Part shown: piece by piece, positions 63,989-64,000 of the stretch
How positions within the stretch are numbered: position 1 is the first letter of the stretch
How the letters are laid out: each line of letters begins with the position of its first letter
Source of the DNA: Chlamydiales bacterium
Lineage (GTDB): Bacteria > Chlamydiota > Chlamydiia > Chlamydiales > JAAZZY01
Assembly (NCBI GenBank): GCA_965206695.1
Contig: CBDBKM010000010.1
Coordinates: 64,001-128,000, forward strand
Direction of reading: 5' to 3'
Length of the DNA: 64,000 bases
Translations under genes and position numbers: made by a program
Notes under the pieces: model-generated
The model's input: the letters and a program-made list of their open reading frames with translations, nothing else
Databases searched by the model: none
Told to the model about the DNA's origin: nothing

Positions 63989-64000
63989 ATCATCAATAAC

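Overview
AT-rich bacterial DNA, most likely from an environmental Chlamydiota (inferred from the nusB-murB adjacency, mitochondrial-type aconitase, a chlamydial-like tRNA-Tyr 3' half and a DUF687-like hydrolase). It has three parts. (1) 193-31860: a ~31.7 kb co-directional hybrid NRPS / AT-less PKS cluster with MbtH, a SAM methyltransferase, type II TE, Sfp-type PPTase, four megasynthetase genes, a P450, a broken arginase and a MATE exporter. By-eye domain reading predicts roughly acyl-Asn-Ala-D-Ser-Orn-PK-PK-(Me)-D-Asn with several anomalies: apparently missing E domain in module 1, KR lacking its catalytic Tyr, methyltransferase inside the A domain between A2 and A3, no terminal TE and no AT gene. 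(2) 32731-41287: housekeeping block (MFS, GT2, aconitase, nusB, murB, PHP, folC). (3) 41328-64000: mobile region with a truncated tnpB, nested IS630/IS701 elements, a primase with iterons, a Cas4-like nuclease plus yeeABC-type MTase/helicase/GIY-YIG module, a hydrolase toxin-immunity-like pair, and a satellite-like element whose large serine recombinase reads antisense through a tRNA-Tyr 3' half (att site). Several frameshifts are +1 insertions in homopolymers and may be sequencing errors. All calls come from motif reading; no searches were run.
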